In this document: piece by piece, positions 19,435-28,405 of the stretch
How positions within the stretch are numbered: position 1 is the first letter of the stretch
How the letters are laid out: each line of letters begins with the position of its first letter
NCBI GenBank assembly: GCA_037142615.1
Contig: JBAXAI010000001.1
Coordinates: 256,001-320,000 of the forward strand
Reading direction: 5' to 3'
DNA from: Spirochaetales bacterium
Lineage (GTDB): Bacteria > Spirochaetota > Spirochaetia > JABEVK01
Length of the DNA: 64,000 bases
Notes under the pieces: model-generated
What the model was told of the DNA's origin: nothing
What the model saw: only the letters and a program-made list of their open reading frames with translations
The model's database searches: none
Program-made: the position numbers and the translations under genes

Positions 19435-19820
19435 GTTCTCAAACCCCGGATTTTGCCAAACGCGGGGGCTTGCTTCCCGTTGTCGTGCAGGATTACGTAT
19501 CGCGGGAGGTGCTCCTGGTGGCTTCCATGAACGAGGTCGCGTGGGAGCAAACGCTCTCCACGCGACGAGCCACCTTCTGGAGCACCAGCCGTAACGAACT
19601 GTGGGTCAAGGGCCAGACCAGCGGTGATTTCCTTGTGGTGCGCGAAGTTCGGCTCGACTGCGACCTTGACGCCATACTTCTGCTTGTCATTGCTGCCGGA
19701 GAGGGTGCCTGCCACACCAAGAACTCAGCCGGCGTCGCCCGTCCGTCGTGCTTTTTCCATCAAGCGAGTGTGTCCGTCGACCCGGGCACACCACTCGAAT
19801 GGAGCAACCTCGACCCTTGA
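19431..19820 (+). CDS. hisI: Phosphoribosyl-AMP cyclohydrolase
   Basis: LLPVVVQD, WS.SR.ELW.KG.TSG, DCDLD, ACHT, SCF. Confidence 0.93.
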   Translation: MSSQTPDFAKRGGLLPVVVQDYVSREVLLVASMNEVAWEQTLSTRRATFWSTSRNELWVKGQTSGDFLVVREVRLDCDLDAILLLVIAAGEGACHTKNSAGVARPSCFFHQASVSVDPGTPLEWSNLDP

Positions 19821-19826
19821 AGGTTC

Positions 19827-22322
19827 TCAAGGCTTGGGCGGGGAAAAGAGGTTCAGCAAGTCGGCCCGTCCGGCTTCTTTCGCAAGGTCTGCTGCCGTCT
19901 TCCCATCCTTGTTTCGGATCTCCAGATCCGCACCGATGCCCATGAGGTACTGAACCGCCTGGGCTGAAACTCCCGAGGTCGCCGCGAGGTGCACGGCGGT
20001 GAGTCCCTGATTATTCTGTCCATTGACGTTTTTTGCATTGAAGAAGAGTTTCCAGGTTTCGGGAGTTCCCTTGAGGGCGATGACGGCAGGGGTCAGACCC
20101 ACACCATTCTCGGCGAACAGGTCGGCGCTGTTGGCGAGCAACAGATCAATGATGCTCTTCGGCGAGGCGACGGCCGCCTGATGCATGATGGTGCTCCCGG
20201 AAGCGTCGCGAATGTTCACAGCGGCCCCCTGACTCAACAGCAACTGGACGATTTCCTGGTTGGTGTTTTGGACGGCATCGAACAAAGAGGTGCGGCCCAA
20301 ATTGTCGCGAGAGTTGGGATCGGCCTTCTTTTTGAGCAGGTAGGTTGCGAGTTTGGTTTCGCTCCGCCTCACCGCTTCCTGCAACGTCGATCGGCCTTCC
20401 TTGTTTCGGAGGTTGATCGGTGCCCCCGCGGCCAACAGCAAGTCACCCAAGTCGGTGGAATCCCAGAAGATCAGATTGTGGAAAGGACTGTTGCCAAGGT
20501 TGTCGACCACGGTGACCGAAGCGCCACCCTTGAGCAAGAGTCCGGCTGCATCAAGGTTTCCAAGCCGCACGGCTTCGTGCAAAGGTGTGCTTCCGGATAG
20601 ATTCTGGGTTTTGAGCGATGCCCCTTTCTTCAACAGCAACTGGAGGACCGGTAAGTTACCTGCAAAGACGGCATGAAAGAGGGGGGTGCTCTTGCTTGAG
20701 TCCCTCAACTCCAAGACATCGGGCTGGAAAAAGGATTCCTGAAAAGCCGCCGGCGACTGGAAAGCCATCACCAAAGGGGACAGTCCGGCGTTGTTGAGGA
20801 GATAAATGTCAGCACCAGCCTTGAGAAGCGTCTGACACAGAACGAGATTCTGGTCGTTCAGGGCCAGGTGAAGCGGACTCTGACCGGCCTTGTTGCGCTC
20901 GTTGGGGCTCGTGCCGATCGAAAGCAGGTAGCCAACGGCGGCGGGGAACTTGGCCAACTTCACGGCAAGGTGAAGGGCTGAATCGCCGTTGTCATCACGC
21001 AAACCCTTGTTCGAGGCATTGATCAGCCAGGAAAGTGAATCGCCACCTTGCCGGATCGCCACCGTCAACGGTGAGTCTTCGGTGTTGTTGACCGCGAAAG
21101 GGTTGGCTCCCGAAACAAGGAGTGCCTGAACAAGTTCCTGCTTCTTCTGTTTGACCGACTCCAGCAGCGCGGTGTTTCCGAGTTTGTTGCGTGCATTCAC
21201 GTCGGCGCCCTTTTGGATCAGCAAAGTAGCCATCGGGGCCGGGAGGTTGAGGGCGACAACCAGGTGTAGCGGGGTGTCACCAAAGTTGTTCTTGGCGCTA
21301 GGAATCGCCTTCCGGTCGAGAAGGAAGGTTGCCATCTCCTGGGGAATCTTGCTCGTGAGGGCGAGATGCAGCGTCGTATTGTTGTTGAAATCCTTGGCGT
21401 TGATGTCGGACGCAGCATCGAGCAGCCAGGCAGCGGCCTCCAGATTTCCGTTTTCGACAGCCCGGTGAAGGGGAGTGTTTCCAGGTTGGTCGATGGCGGT
21501 CACACTGGCTCCGAGTCCAGTGAGAACCTTCAGGAAGCCGGTATGGCCACGGGAAGCCGCGTAGTGAAGGGGCGTATTTCCCTGCTCAAAGGTAAGGTTC
21601 GGGTTGTCGGCCTGAGCCGCTTTCCAAAAGTAGTCCGCCGTTTTGTCGTTAGGCGAAGGTGCGCCTTGGCGAATCAACTTCCAGGCGATCTTCGCATGCG
21701 GCAAACTTTGTGAAAACTGCAGGGCTTCGTCGAGCGGAGTCAGTCCGGCAGCGTTGCGCACGCTGGTGCTGGCTCCGAGCTTGAGCAGAATGTCGGCCAG
21801 ACCTTCCAGTCCCTGGGAAGCCGCCAGGTGCAGCACCGTGTTGCCGTCGAGGTCGACCGCTGCGACGTTGGCTTTGGTGATCAGTTGGCTGATCAACTCC
21901 GGATTCTGCTGCAGCGCAGTTTGCAAGGGCGACTTGCCTTGTTTGTCAGTGACAAACAGCGACGCATTGTATTGAATGAGCACAGGCAGGATTCCGACCG
22001 AGCCGCTCTTGACCGCCAAATGCAGCGGCGTGTTGCCCAGCTTGTCCTGAAGATCAACCACAGCACCCCGGGCCAAAAGCACGGCTGCGATGTCGGCCAA
22101 GTCCTTGGTCGCTGCGATGTGTAGAGCCGACTGGCCTGCTGCATTGACGCTGTTGATGTCGGTATTGAGCCCGAAGATATCGCGTATCTTGTCGAGGTTT
22201 TGGTTTTCGACAAGATCGAGAAGACTCTCCTTGGCAGGCGGCGGAGTCGCAACCGGCGGGGTCTGACAGGCAGTCAAAAAAAGGAAACTGACGGATAGCG
22301 CAAGGGTCGAAGTGTGTTTCAT
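19827..22322 (-). CDS. Ankyrin-repeat lipoprotein (about 20 or more repeats)
   Basis: Lipobox LTAC; recurring G.TPLH.A...G...GA.VN units of ~33 aa. Confidence 0.92.
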   Translation of the reverse strand: MKHTSTLALSVSFLFLTACQTPPVATPPPAKESLLDLVENQNLDKIRDIFGLNTDINSVNAAGQSALHIAATKDLADIAAVLLARGAVVDLQDKLGNTPLHLAVKSGSVGILPVLIQYNASLFVTDKQGKSPLQTALQQNPELISQLITKANVAAVDLDGNTVLHLAASQGLEGLADILLKLGASTSVRNAAGLTPLDEALQFSQSLPHAKIAWKLIRQGAPSPNDKTADYFWKAAQADNPNLTFEQGNTPLHYAASRGHTGFLKVLTGLGASVTAIDQPGNTPLHRAVENGNLEAAAWLLDAASDINAKDFNNNTTLHLALTSKIPQEMATFLLDRKAIPSAKNNFGDTPLHLVVALNLPAPMATLLIQKGADVNARNKLGNTALLESVKQKKQELVQALLVSGANPFAVNNTEDSPLTVAIRQGGDSLSWLINASNKGLRDDNGDSALHLAVKLAKFPAAVGYLLSIGTSPNERNKAGQSPLHLALNDQNLVLCQTLLKAGADIYLLNNAGLSPLVMAFQSPAAFQESFFQPDVLELRDSSKSTPLFHAVFAGNLPVLQLLLKKGASLKTQNLSGSTPLHEAVRLGNLDAAGLLLKGGASVTVVDNLGNSPFHNLIFWDSTDLGDLLLAAGAPINLRNKEGRSTLQEAVRRSETKLATYLLKKKADPNSRDNLGRTSLFDAVQNTNQEIVQLLLSQGAAVNIRDASGSTIMHQAAVASPKSIIDLLLANSADLFAENGVGLTPAVIALKGTPETWKLFFNAKNVNGQNNQGLTAVHLAATSGVSAQAVQYLMGIGADLEIRNKDGKTAADLAKEAGRADLLNLFSPPKP

Positions 22323-22343
22323 GACACTACGAGTATCGGTGGT

Positions 22344-23366
22344 TCAGGAAAAAACCTTTTCCTTAATCCGTTTTCTCACTTCAGGAGAGCAAAAAGCCGC
22401 GTTCCAGGCGTTTTGTTGAACCCCTTTGAGGTGTTCGATCGAGAGGCCAAAGGTTGTTTGGGCCAATTCCAGTTCCTTGGTCAGAGTTGTATCACTCACC
22501 AACCGGTTGTCGGTGCAGAGACAGACAGCGAGCCCGGCCTGCATAAACTCTCCAAACGGGTGTGCCGCCGCACTTTCTACCGCTTTGGTCTGAAGGTTCG
22601 ACGTCAGGCAGAGTTCCAGCGGGATCTGGCGATCGCGGATCCAGGCGGTAAGCGACCCGCTGCCGGGCAAGCTCCGTGCGGGGCCCCACTCCTGGATCAA
22701 CTGGGTACCGTGACCAATGCGCAAGGAGCGACAGGCCAAGAGCGCTTCCCGGATGTAGCCCGGCGAGGTGACTTCGCCGGCGTGGCAGGTCGTGTTCAGG
22801 TAGTTCTCTGCCGCGAACTCGTAGGCTTCACGGTGAATGGAGGGCCGGAACGGGGCCTCTGCTCCGGCGATATCAAAGGCGACGACCCCGTCGTTGCGGT
22901 AGTCACGGACCAGTTTGACGGTCTCAAGCGAGGGAGGTCCCGAGCGCATGGTACACAAGATCAAACCCGTGGCGACTCCTGTTGTCCTCGAACCCGCTTC
23001 CAACCCCCGCAACACGGCCTCGACAATCTGCGGTCGGCCCAGACCTCGTTCCTGGTGGAGTTCGGGAGCGAATCTCACCTCGCCATAGACGACTCCGTCG
23101 GCGTGCCAGTCTTCCACCGTCTCGCGGGCGACCCGCTCGAGCGAAGCTACCGTCTGCAGGACGCTCAGCGTGACCGAAAACGCTCTGAGATAGGTTTCGA
23201 GGCTGGATGGTCCAGGAGTCAGAATTGCCCGCAACTCCTCAAGGTTGCCGGAGGGAAGGCGCACCCCGTCTTGGGAACCCAAGTCAAGAATGCTAGCCAA
23301 ACGAACACTCCCGTCCAAGTGCTCGTGCAGTTCGATTTTCGGGAGAGCCTTAAGCGTATCGATCAT
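22344..23366 (-). CDS. add: Adenosine deaminase
   Basis: PKIELHEHLDG, E.RFAP, HAGE, RIGHG, ELCLTSN, TDN. Confidence 0.93.
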   Translation of the reverse strand: MIDTLKALPKIELHEHLDGSVRLASILDLGSQDGVRLPSGNLEELRAILTPGPSSLETYLRAFSVTLSVLQTVASLERVARETVEDWHADGVVYGEVRFAPELHQERGLGRPQIVEAVLRGLEAGSRTTGVATGLILCTMRSGPPSLETVKLVRDYRNDGVVAFDIAGAEAPFRPSIHREAYEFAAENYLNTTCHAGEVTSPGYIREALLACRSLRIGHGTQLIQEWGPARSLPGSGSLTAWIRDRQIPLELCLTSNLQTKAVESAAAHPFGEFMQAGLAVCLCTDNRLVSDTTLTKELELAQTTFGLSIEHLKGVQQNAWNAAFCSPEVRKRIKEKVFS

Positions 23367-23372
23367 CCGTTG

Positions 23373-23414
23373 AATCTAACTTTGGTTTCGAAAAATGTCC
23401 AACTCAGGTATAAT
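23373..23414. promoter_or_regulatory. Divergent promoter pair for add and tdk, each with the -10 box 6 nt before ATG
   Basis: Minus: TGGACA-17 nt-TAGATT-caacgg-ATG. Plus: TATAAT(23409-23414)-ggagtc-ATG. Confidence 0.65.
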
Positions 23415-23420
23415 GGAGTC

Positions 23421-24530
23421 ATGGTTCCACCGAGCGATTCGTCCTTCCTTAAGTCCTTGGGTTTTCCGAGCCTAAAGGTTCATCATGCTTCCAACCACTT
23501 TGATTTCCGGATTCCAAGGCGGAGGATTCTCGTTATCGGTCCCATGGGCTCTGGCAAGACCGAGTTTTCTGCGCGGGTTTGGCGCGACTCCCGCATCCTG
23601 TTGAAGAAGAGCTCCAAAGTGGACCTCGTCATGCGCACAGGCTTGGCCGATCGGCGCGAGGTCTTCTTTGTCAGGACAGCGCTGGATTCCGCTCGTTTTC
23701 CCGATGTTCCGTCTGACGCGCTGGCCTACCGTTCCGGCTACGAACGACTAGGCTCCAATCTGGCCAGCATTCGCAACTCCTTTGAACTGGAGCAACTCAT
23801 GGCTGAGCACCCTGAATGTGGCACCTGGATCATCGATGAGGCCTCGTTCTACGAGGAGCGCATGGTGTACGTGATCCGGCAGGCGAGCGAGCAGCGCGAC
23901 CTGAGTTTCATTTTTCCCACGCTGGTGCTCAACTTCCGCAGTGATATTTTCAATGCGACCGCCCGCCTGTTGCTGGACGCCGCCACCGATGTCTTCCCGT
24001 TGACGGCCTACTGCGAGCACCCTGACTGTGCCCAAGACTCCTTCTACACCTACCGGTGGTATCAGATCGATGGGCAGGAATGTCCGGCACCGTTTTTTGA
24101 CCCGCTGATTATCATCGGTGGCGACCGGTCGGCCAGTTCGCCTTGGGAGCCCAACTACTGCACGCGCTGCGACCTGCATCACTATCTGCCCGGAAAAGAG
24201 TACACCTACCTTACCCTGACTCCGCTGGGTGAGGCTTTCGTCCACGCAAGACCGCAGGGTCTGCAGCACGAGCTGGAACTGCTGCAAAATGCTCCACAAC
24301 AGTCGCTTCTCGCCCAAAGCCTGGCTGGCGAGTCGGAGGTTTGCCGGGCGACACTGCTTGTTCCCTTTCTGGCCGAGCGGGCAGTGGTCTACCTGTACGC
24401 GGAGCGTAATCTCTTGTCTGAGCTGCAATTGCATTCCCTCGTCGCAAGCCTCGATCTCGACCGGCCTTTCTTGAACCGTCGCCTCGCCGATAACGGCAAA
24501 GTTCTCACTCGATCCCTGGAGGAAGCATGA
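23421..24530 (+). CDS. tdk: Thymidine kinase (long form)
   Basis: GPMGSGKT, IIDEA, Zn-type Cys pairs CEHPDC and CTRC, IIGG; context with deoC/deoB. The ORF-track start at 22314 is a shadow extension. Confidence 0.8.
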   Translation: MVPPSDSSFLKSLGFPSLKVHHASNHFDFRIPRRRILVIGPMGSGKTEFSARVWRDSRILLKKSSKVDLVMRTGLADRREVFFVRTALDSARFPDVPSDALAYRSGYERLGSNLASIRNSFELEQLMAEHPECGTWIIDEASFYEERMVYVIRQASEQRDLSFIFPTLVLNFRSDIFNATARLLLDAATDVFPLTAYCEHPDCAQDSFYTYRWYQIDGQECPAPFFDPLIIIGGDRSASSPWEPNYCTRCDLHHYLPGKEYTYLTLTPLGEAFVHARPQGLQHELELLQNAPQQSLLAQSLAGESEVCRATLLVPFLAERAVVYLYAERNLLSELQLHSLVASLDLDRPFLNRRLADNGKVLTRSLEEA

Positions 24531-25216
24531 CTGCAAAAGAACTCGCCCCCTACTTTGACCACACTCTCCTGAAGGCTACCGCCCGCGAAGCTGACATCGT
24601 TCAGTTGTGCCGCGAAGCCAGGGAATCACACTTCGCCACGGTGTGCATCCAGCCCGTTTGGGTCCCCCGTTGCGCCGACGAATTACGTGGCTCAGGCGTG
24701 GGAGTCTGCACGGTCATCGGCTTCCCCCTCGGCGCCAACACCACGGCGGTCAAAGTGGCAGAGACCAAACTGGCGGTCGAACAAGGTGCCACCGAGGTCG
24801 ACATGGTGATCAACGTCGGCTGGGCCCTCGACGAGCGCTGGGCTGATGTCACCGAAGAGATCCGGCAGATCCGCGTGGCGGCCGGCAAAACTCCGCTCAA
24901 GGTCATCCTCGAAACCTGTTACCTGACCGATGAGGCCATTGGCAAGGCGTGCGACGCGAGCGCCAAAGCTGGGGCGGCGTTTGTGAAAACCTCAACCGGG
25001 TTCGGGACTGGGGGGGCAACCGAGAGTCATATACGTCTGATGCGTTCCCGTGTCCCGGCGTCCATGAAAGTGAAAGCCTCCGGTGGCATCCGCACCCTGG
25101 CCGACGCGGTGACCATGATCGAGGCCGGTGCTTCCCGGCTGGGTGCCAGCGCTTCGGTCGCTATCCTGAAGGAGTTGAAGGGGGAAGCCGATGCGGGCGT
25201 TTCTTCTGGTTATTGA
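24527..25216 (+). CDS. deoC: Deoxyribose-phosphate aldolase
   Basis: DHTLLK, VIGFPLG, EVDMVIN, KVILET, KTSTGF, KASGGIR. Confidence 0.97.
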   Translation: MTAKELAPYFDHTLLKATAREADIVQLCREARESHFATVCIQPVWVPRCADELRGSGVGVCTVIGFPLGANTTAVKVAETKLAVEQGATEVDMVINVGWALDERWADVTEEIRQIRVAAGKTPLKVILETCYLTDEAIGKACDASAKAGAAFVKTSTGFGTGGATESHIRLMRSRVPASMKVKASGGIRTLADAVTMIEAGASRLGASASVAILKELKGEADAGVSSGY

Positions 25217-26384
25217 TAGCTTTGGGATCGGAGAACTGGGAGATGCGGCGCAATACGGCGATGTAGGAAGCAATACTGCCTTGCACATCGCGCAAGCAGT
25301 GGGGGGCGCCAGATGGCCGAACTTGCAGGCCCTCGGCTTGGGCAATGCCGCCGAGTTGCTCGGTTTTTCGCTCCCAGGGTGTCCGGCGGCACTCCATCCG
25401 GGCGGTTGCTGGGGTGTGATGGAAGAGGTATCTCCGGGCAAAGACACGACGACGGGCCACTGGGAACTTGCCGGCTTTCAGCTGGAAGAGGCCTTTCCCG
25501 TCTTTCGGCCCGACTTTCCCTCGTTTCCCCCTGAACTCCTGCACCGGCTCACTGCGGTTTCGGGCCTGGAGTTCCTGGGAAACTGTGCCGCGAGCGGTAC
25601 GCAGGTCATCGAAGACTTCGGTGCTGAGCATCTCCGTACGGGCAAACCTATTGTCTACACTTCGAGCGATTCGGTGTTCCAGATCGCGGCCCATGAGGAC
25701 GTGCTGAGCCAAGTTGAATTGTACGAACTGTGCGCCAAGGCTCGCGTGATCTGCAACGACTGGACAGTCGGGCGGGTGATTGCGCGGCCATTCCGTGGAA
25801 CCCCAGGCGCCTTTGAGCGAACTTCAGGGCGCCACGACTACAGCTATCAGCTTCCGGGCCCAAGCATCATCGATCACCTGGCGAGTTTCGGAGTCGAAAC
25901 CATCGCCGTTGGCAAGATCTCGGATATCTTCAATGGGCAGGGCTTTTCGCAAAGTTACCCCGACAAGGGAAATCCGGCCTGTTTGGCGCGAACCGTCGAG
26001 CTGGTCCGGGCCCCAACAGCGAAGTCCCAACTGGTCTTTGTGAATCTGGTCGACACTGACATGATTTACGGACACCGACGGGACCCCAAGGGGTACCACG
26101 ATTGCGTCGCACAAACAGACGAAGTGCTCGGCGAGTTGTTGCCCTTGCTGCGGGACGATGACGTCCTGATGATCACCGCTGACCACGGTTGCGACCCGAC
26201 TTACCGGGGCAGCGACCACACGCGCGAGCACGTGCCGCTGCTCTTGTGGTCGCGCAAGCAGGCGCCGCGAAGTCTCGGGATACGTTCATCCTTCGCCGAT
26301 GTGGCTCAAAGCTTGGCAAAGGCCTTCGGTGCGGCGGACTACCCCTCAGCGCACTCCCCGAGGGGCAAGTCGTTCTGGGTCTAG
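25191..26384 (+). CDS. deoB: Phosphopentomutase
   Basis: VIDSFGIG, GKDTTTGHWE, YTS.DSVFQIAAHE, RVIARPF, YGHRRD, TADHGCDP, DHTRE. Confidence 0.96.
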   Translation: MRAFLLVIDSFGIGELGDAAQYGDVGSNTALHIAQAVGGARWPNLQALGLGNAAELLGFSLPGCPAALHPGGCWGVMEEVSPGKDTTTGHWELAGFQLEEAFPVFRPDFPSFPPELLHRLTAVSGLEFLGNCAASGTQVIEDFGAEHLRTGKPIVYTSSDSVFQIAAHEDVLSQVELYELCAKARVICNDWTVGRVIARPFRGTPGAFERTSGRHDYSYQLPGPSIIDHLASFGVETIAVGKISDIFNGQGFSQSYPDKGNPACLARTVELVRAPTAKSQLVFVNLVDTDMIYGHRRDPKGYHDCVAQTDEVLGELLPLLRDDDVLMITADHGCDPTYRGSDHTREHVPLLLWSRKQAPRSLGIRSSFADVAQSLAKAFGAADYPSAHSPRGKSFWV

Positions 26385-26400
26385 GCCGCCTTTGTGAAGG

Positions 26401-27348
26401 TCAGCGCTTTCCTTTCTCGTAGGGTTCCCCAACGGCGCGGGGGGCCTGTGATTTCTTGGAAAAGAGCACCAAGGCGATCAAAGTGACGACGTAGGGGAAG
26501 ACCTTCAAGATAATTTCGGGAACCACCTTGAACGCTGGTTCGGCCTGAGAAGCGTTGGCTATGGTCGCGGCGAAGCCAAAGAAGAGGGCCGACCCGAGGA
26601 TTCCCAAGGGCTTCCATTGGCCGAAGATCAAGGCCGCCAAGGCGAGAAACCCCAACCCTGCCACCGAACCGTTGAACTCGCCCGAGTAGGTGACAAGGAT
26701 CGTGGCCCCACCGAGGCCCGCGAGTCCTCCCGAAATCATCACGGCGATGTAGCGGATCACCGCAACGTTGACCCCTGCTGCATCAGCGGCATGCGGATGC
26801 TCGCCACAGGCTCGAAGTCGAAGTCCGAAGGGCGTCTTGTAGAGGATGACCCACGCCAGTGCCAACAATCCCAGTGCCACCCAAGTCGTGGCGTAGGTCT
26901 GCCGGAAAAGAAGCGGACCGAGTACAGGAATGTCGGAGAGCCAGGGAATGTCGCCCCGAATCAGGCCCTGTTTCAGCTGGATGTTGCCACTGCCGCTCAG
27001 GATGCGGGCGACGAACACGGTCAAGGCTCCGGCAATCATGTTGATGGCGGTGCCGCTGATCACCTGGTTGGCGCCCAGATTGATGCTCGCGAAAGCGTGG
27101 AGAAGTGAGAATATGGCCCCACCGGCGACAGCGGCCAGCAGACCAACCCATACGGCACTGGCTCCCAGCGACGGGCTCAGCGCGACGATGACGGCTGCGC
27201 TGACGAAAGAACCGACGACCATGAGGCCCTCGAGTCCAATGTTGACAACGCCACTGCGCTCGCTGAAAAGTCCCCCCAGGGCCGTGATGAGCAGGGGGAT
27301 TGTAAAGGCAATTGCATAGGGAAAAATGTGGAGGATGATGTCAAACAC
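26401..27348 (-). CDS. Nucleoside-type ABC transporter permease
   Basis: SERSGVVNIGLEG, GLRLRACGEHP.AA, G.GFLALAALIFG; GTG start 27348 after GGAGG. Confidence 0.92.
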   Translation of the reverse strand: MFDIILHIFPYAIAFTIPLLITALGGLFSERSGVVNIGLEGLMVVGSFVSAAVIVALSPSLGASAVWVGLLAAVAGGAIFSLLHAFASINLGANQVISGTAINMIAGALTVFVARILSGSGNIQLKQGLIRGDIPWLSDIPVLGPLLFRQTYATTWVALGLLALAWVILYKTPFGLRLRACGEHPHAADAAGVNVAVIRYIAVMISGGLAGLGGATILVTYSGEFNGSVAGLGFLALAALIFGQWKPLGILGSALFFGFAATIANASQAEPAFKVVPEIILKVFPYVVTLIALVLFSKKSQAPRAVGEPYEKGKR

Positions 27349-28405
27349 CGGTCTTACCTCCCCGTGACTTCTTTCGAAAGTGGTCGTAGACCCGCTCAAT
27401 CAGAACACTGGTCGCCGCAAAGTAGATGATCGTGGCGATGATGGTGTCGCCGATTTCGGGTGGGATGTTGGTCATCGCGTTCATGAAACCCTTGCCTGTC
27501 TGAAGAATGCCGAAAAAGAAGGCCGAGCCGACGACGCCGACCGGGGAGTTGGCCGCCAAGAGAGCCACGGCAATTCCATCGAACCCGATCGAAGGAAGTA
27601 CCCCCAGTTGCATCGACGAAGCGTAGCCTATGTAGAGGCACGCCCCGCCCAGACCGGCCAGGGCCCCTGCGATCATCATCGACAAGACGATATTGCGGTT
27701 CACATTGATTCCGGCGTACTCAGCGCCGTAGCGGTTGAAGCCCACAGCCTTGAGCTGGTAGCCGAGCACGGTCTTGTTCAGCACGATCGCAATCACAACC
27801 ACGCTGGCCGCCGCGACCAATACGCCGAGGTTGATATACGACCCTGCGAACAGGTCCGTCAACTGCGGAATCTTCAGCGAGGCGGCCGGCGGAATCATCC
27901 TCGACTCGGTCTCAAAGCTGCCTTTGAAAAAGGCTGGAACGGTGTAGTACACCACCCAGTACGCAATCCAGTTCATCATGATGGTCGAGACAACCTCGTG
28001 CACATTGAAGCGGGCCTTCAGCAAACCCGGAACCACCGCCCAGACAGCACCGCCCAAAGCGGCCGCCACGAGCAGAATTGGCAGTAGTACAGGCTGGGGC
28101 AAGCCGAGGGTCAGTCCCAGCGCGCTGGCGCACAGACCACCGATAAGCACCTGTCCGGAGGCACCAATGTTGAACAGGCCTGTTCGAAAGGCAAAGGCGA
28201 CCGACAAACCCGTCAGCACAAGTGGGGTCGCCATCGCCAGGGTGTTGCCCAAGCGCTCCATGTTCATGAGGCCGCCGGCAAAGAGATACAGATAGCCATC
28301 AATGGGATTGTTGCCCGTGAGTAGCATCAAGATAGCGCCGGCCAACAGCCCTAATGCCACCGCAGTCAGCCCGACAGTCAGTTCTCTTCCTGAGCGGAAC
28401 TTCAT
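27341..28405 (-). CDS. Nucleoside-type ABC transporter permease
   Basis: GLFNIGA.GQ, HEVVSTIMMN, GFDGIAVALL. Confidence 0.92.
   Translation of the reverse strand: MKFRSGRELTVGLTAVALGLLAGAILMLLTGNNPIDGYLYLFAGGLMNMERLGNTLAMATPLVLTGLSVAFAFRTGLFNIGASGQVLIGGLCASALGLTLGLPQPVLLPILLVAAALGGAVWAVVPGLLKARFNVHEVVSTIMMNWIAYWVVYYTVPAFFKGSFETESRMIPPAASLKIPQLTDLFAGSYINLGVLVAAASVVVIAIVLNKTVLGYQLKAVGFNRYGAEYAGINVNRNIVLSMMIAGALAGLGGACLYIGYASSMQLGVLPSIGFDGIAVALLAANSPVGVVGSAFFFGILQTGKGFMNAMTNIPPEIGDTIIATIIYFAATSVLIERVYDHFRKKSRGGKTGV

Noticed and set aside
22323-22337. Possible ninth leaderless promoter (GATACT, 9 nt before the ankyrin gene ATG)
   Set aside because: Poor -10 match and off spacing; the gene may simply be co-transcribed with add.
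22314-23420. Apparent 370 aa N-terminal extension of thymidine kinase (738 aa ORF)
   Set aside because: It is the antisense of add; the real start is most likely ATG 23421, just after TATAAT.
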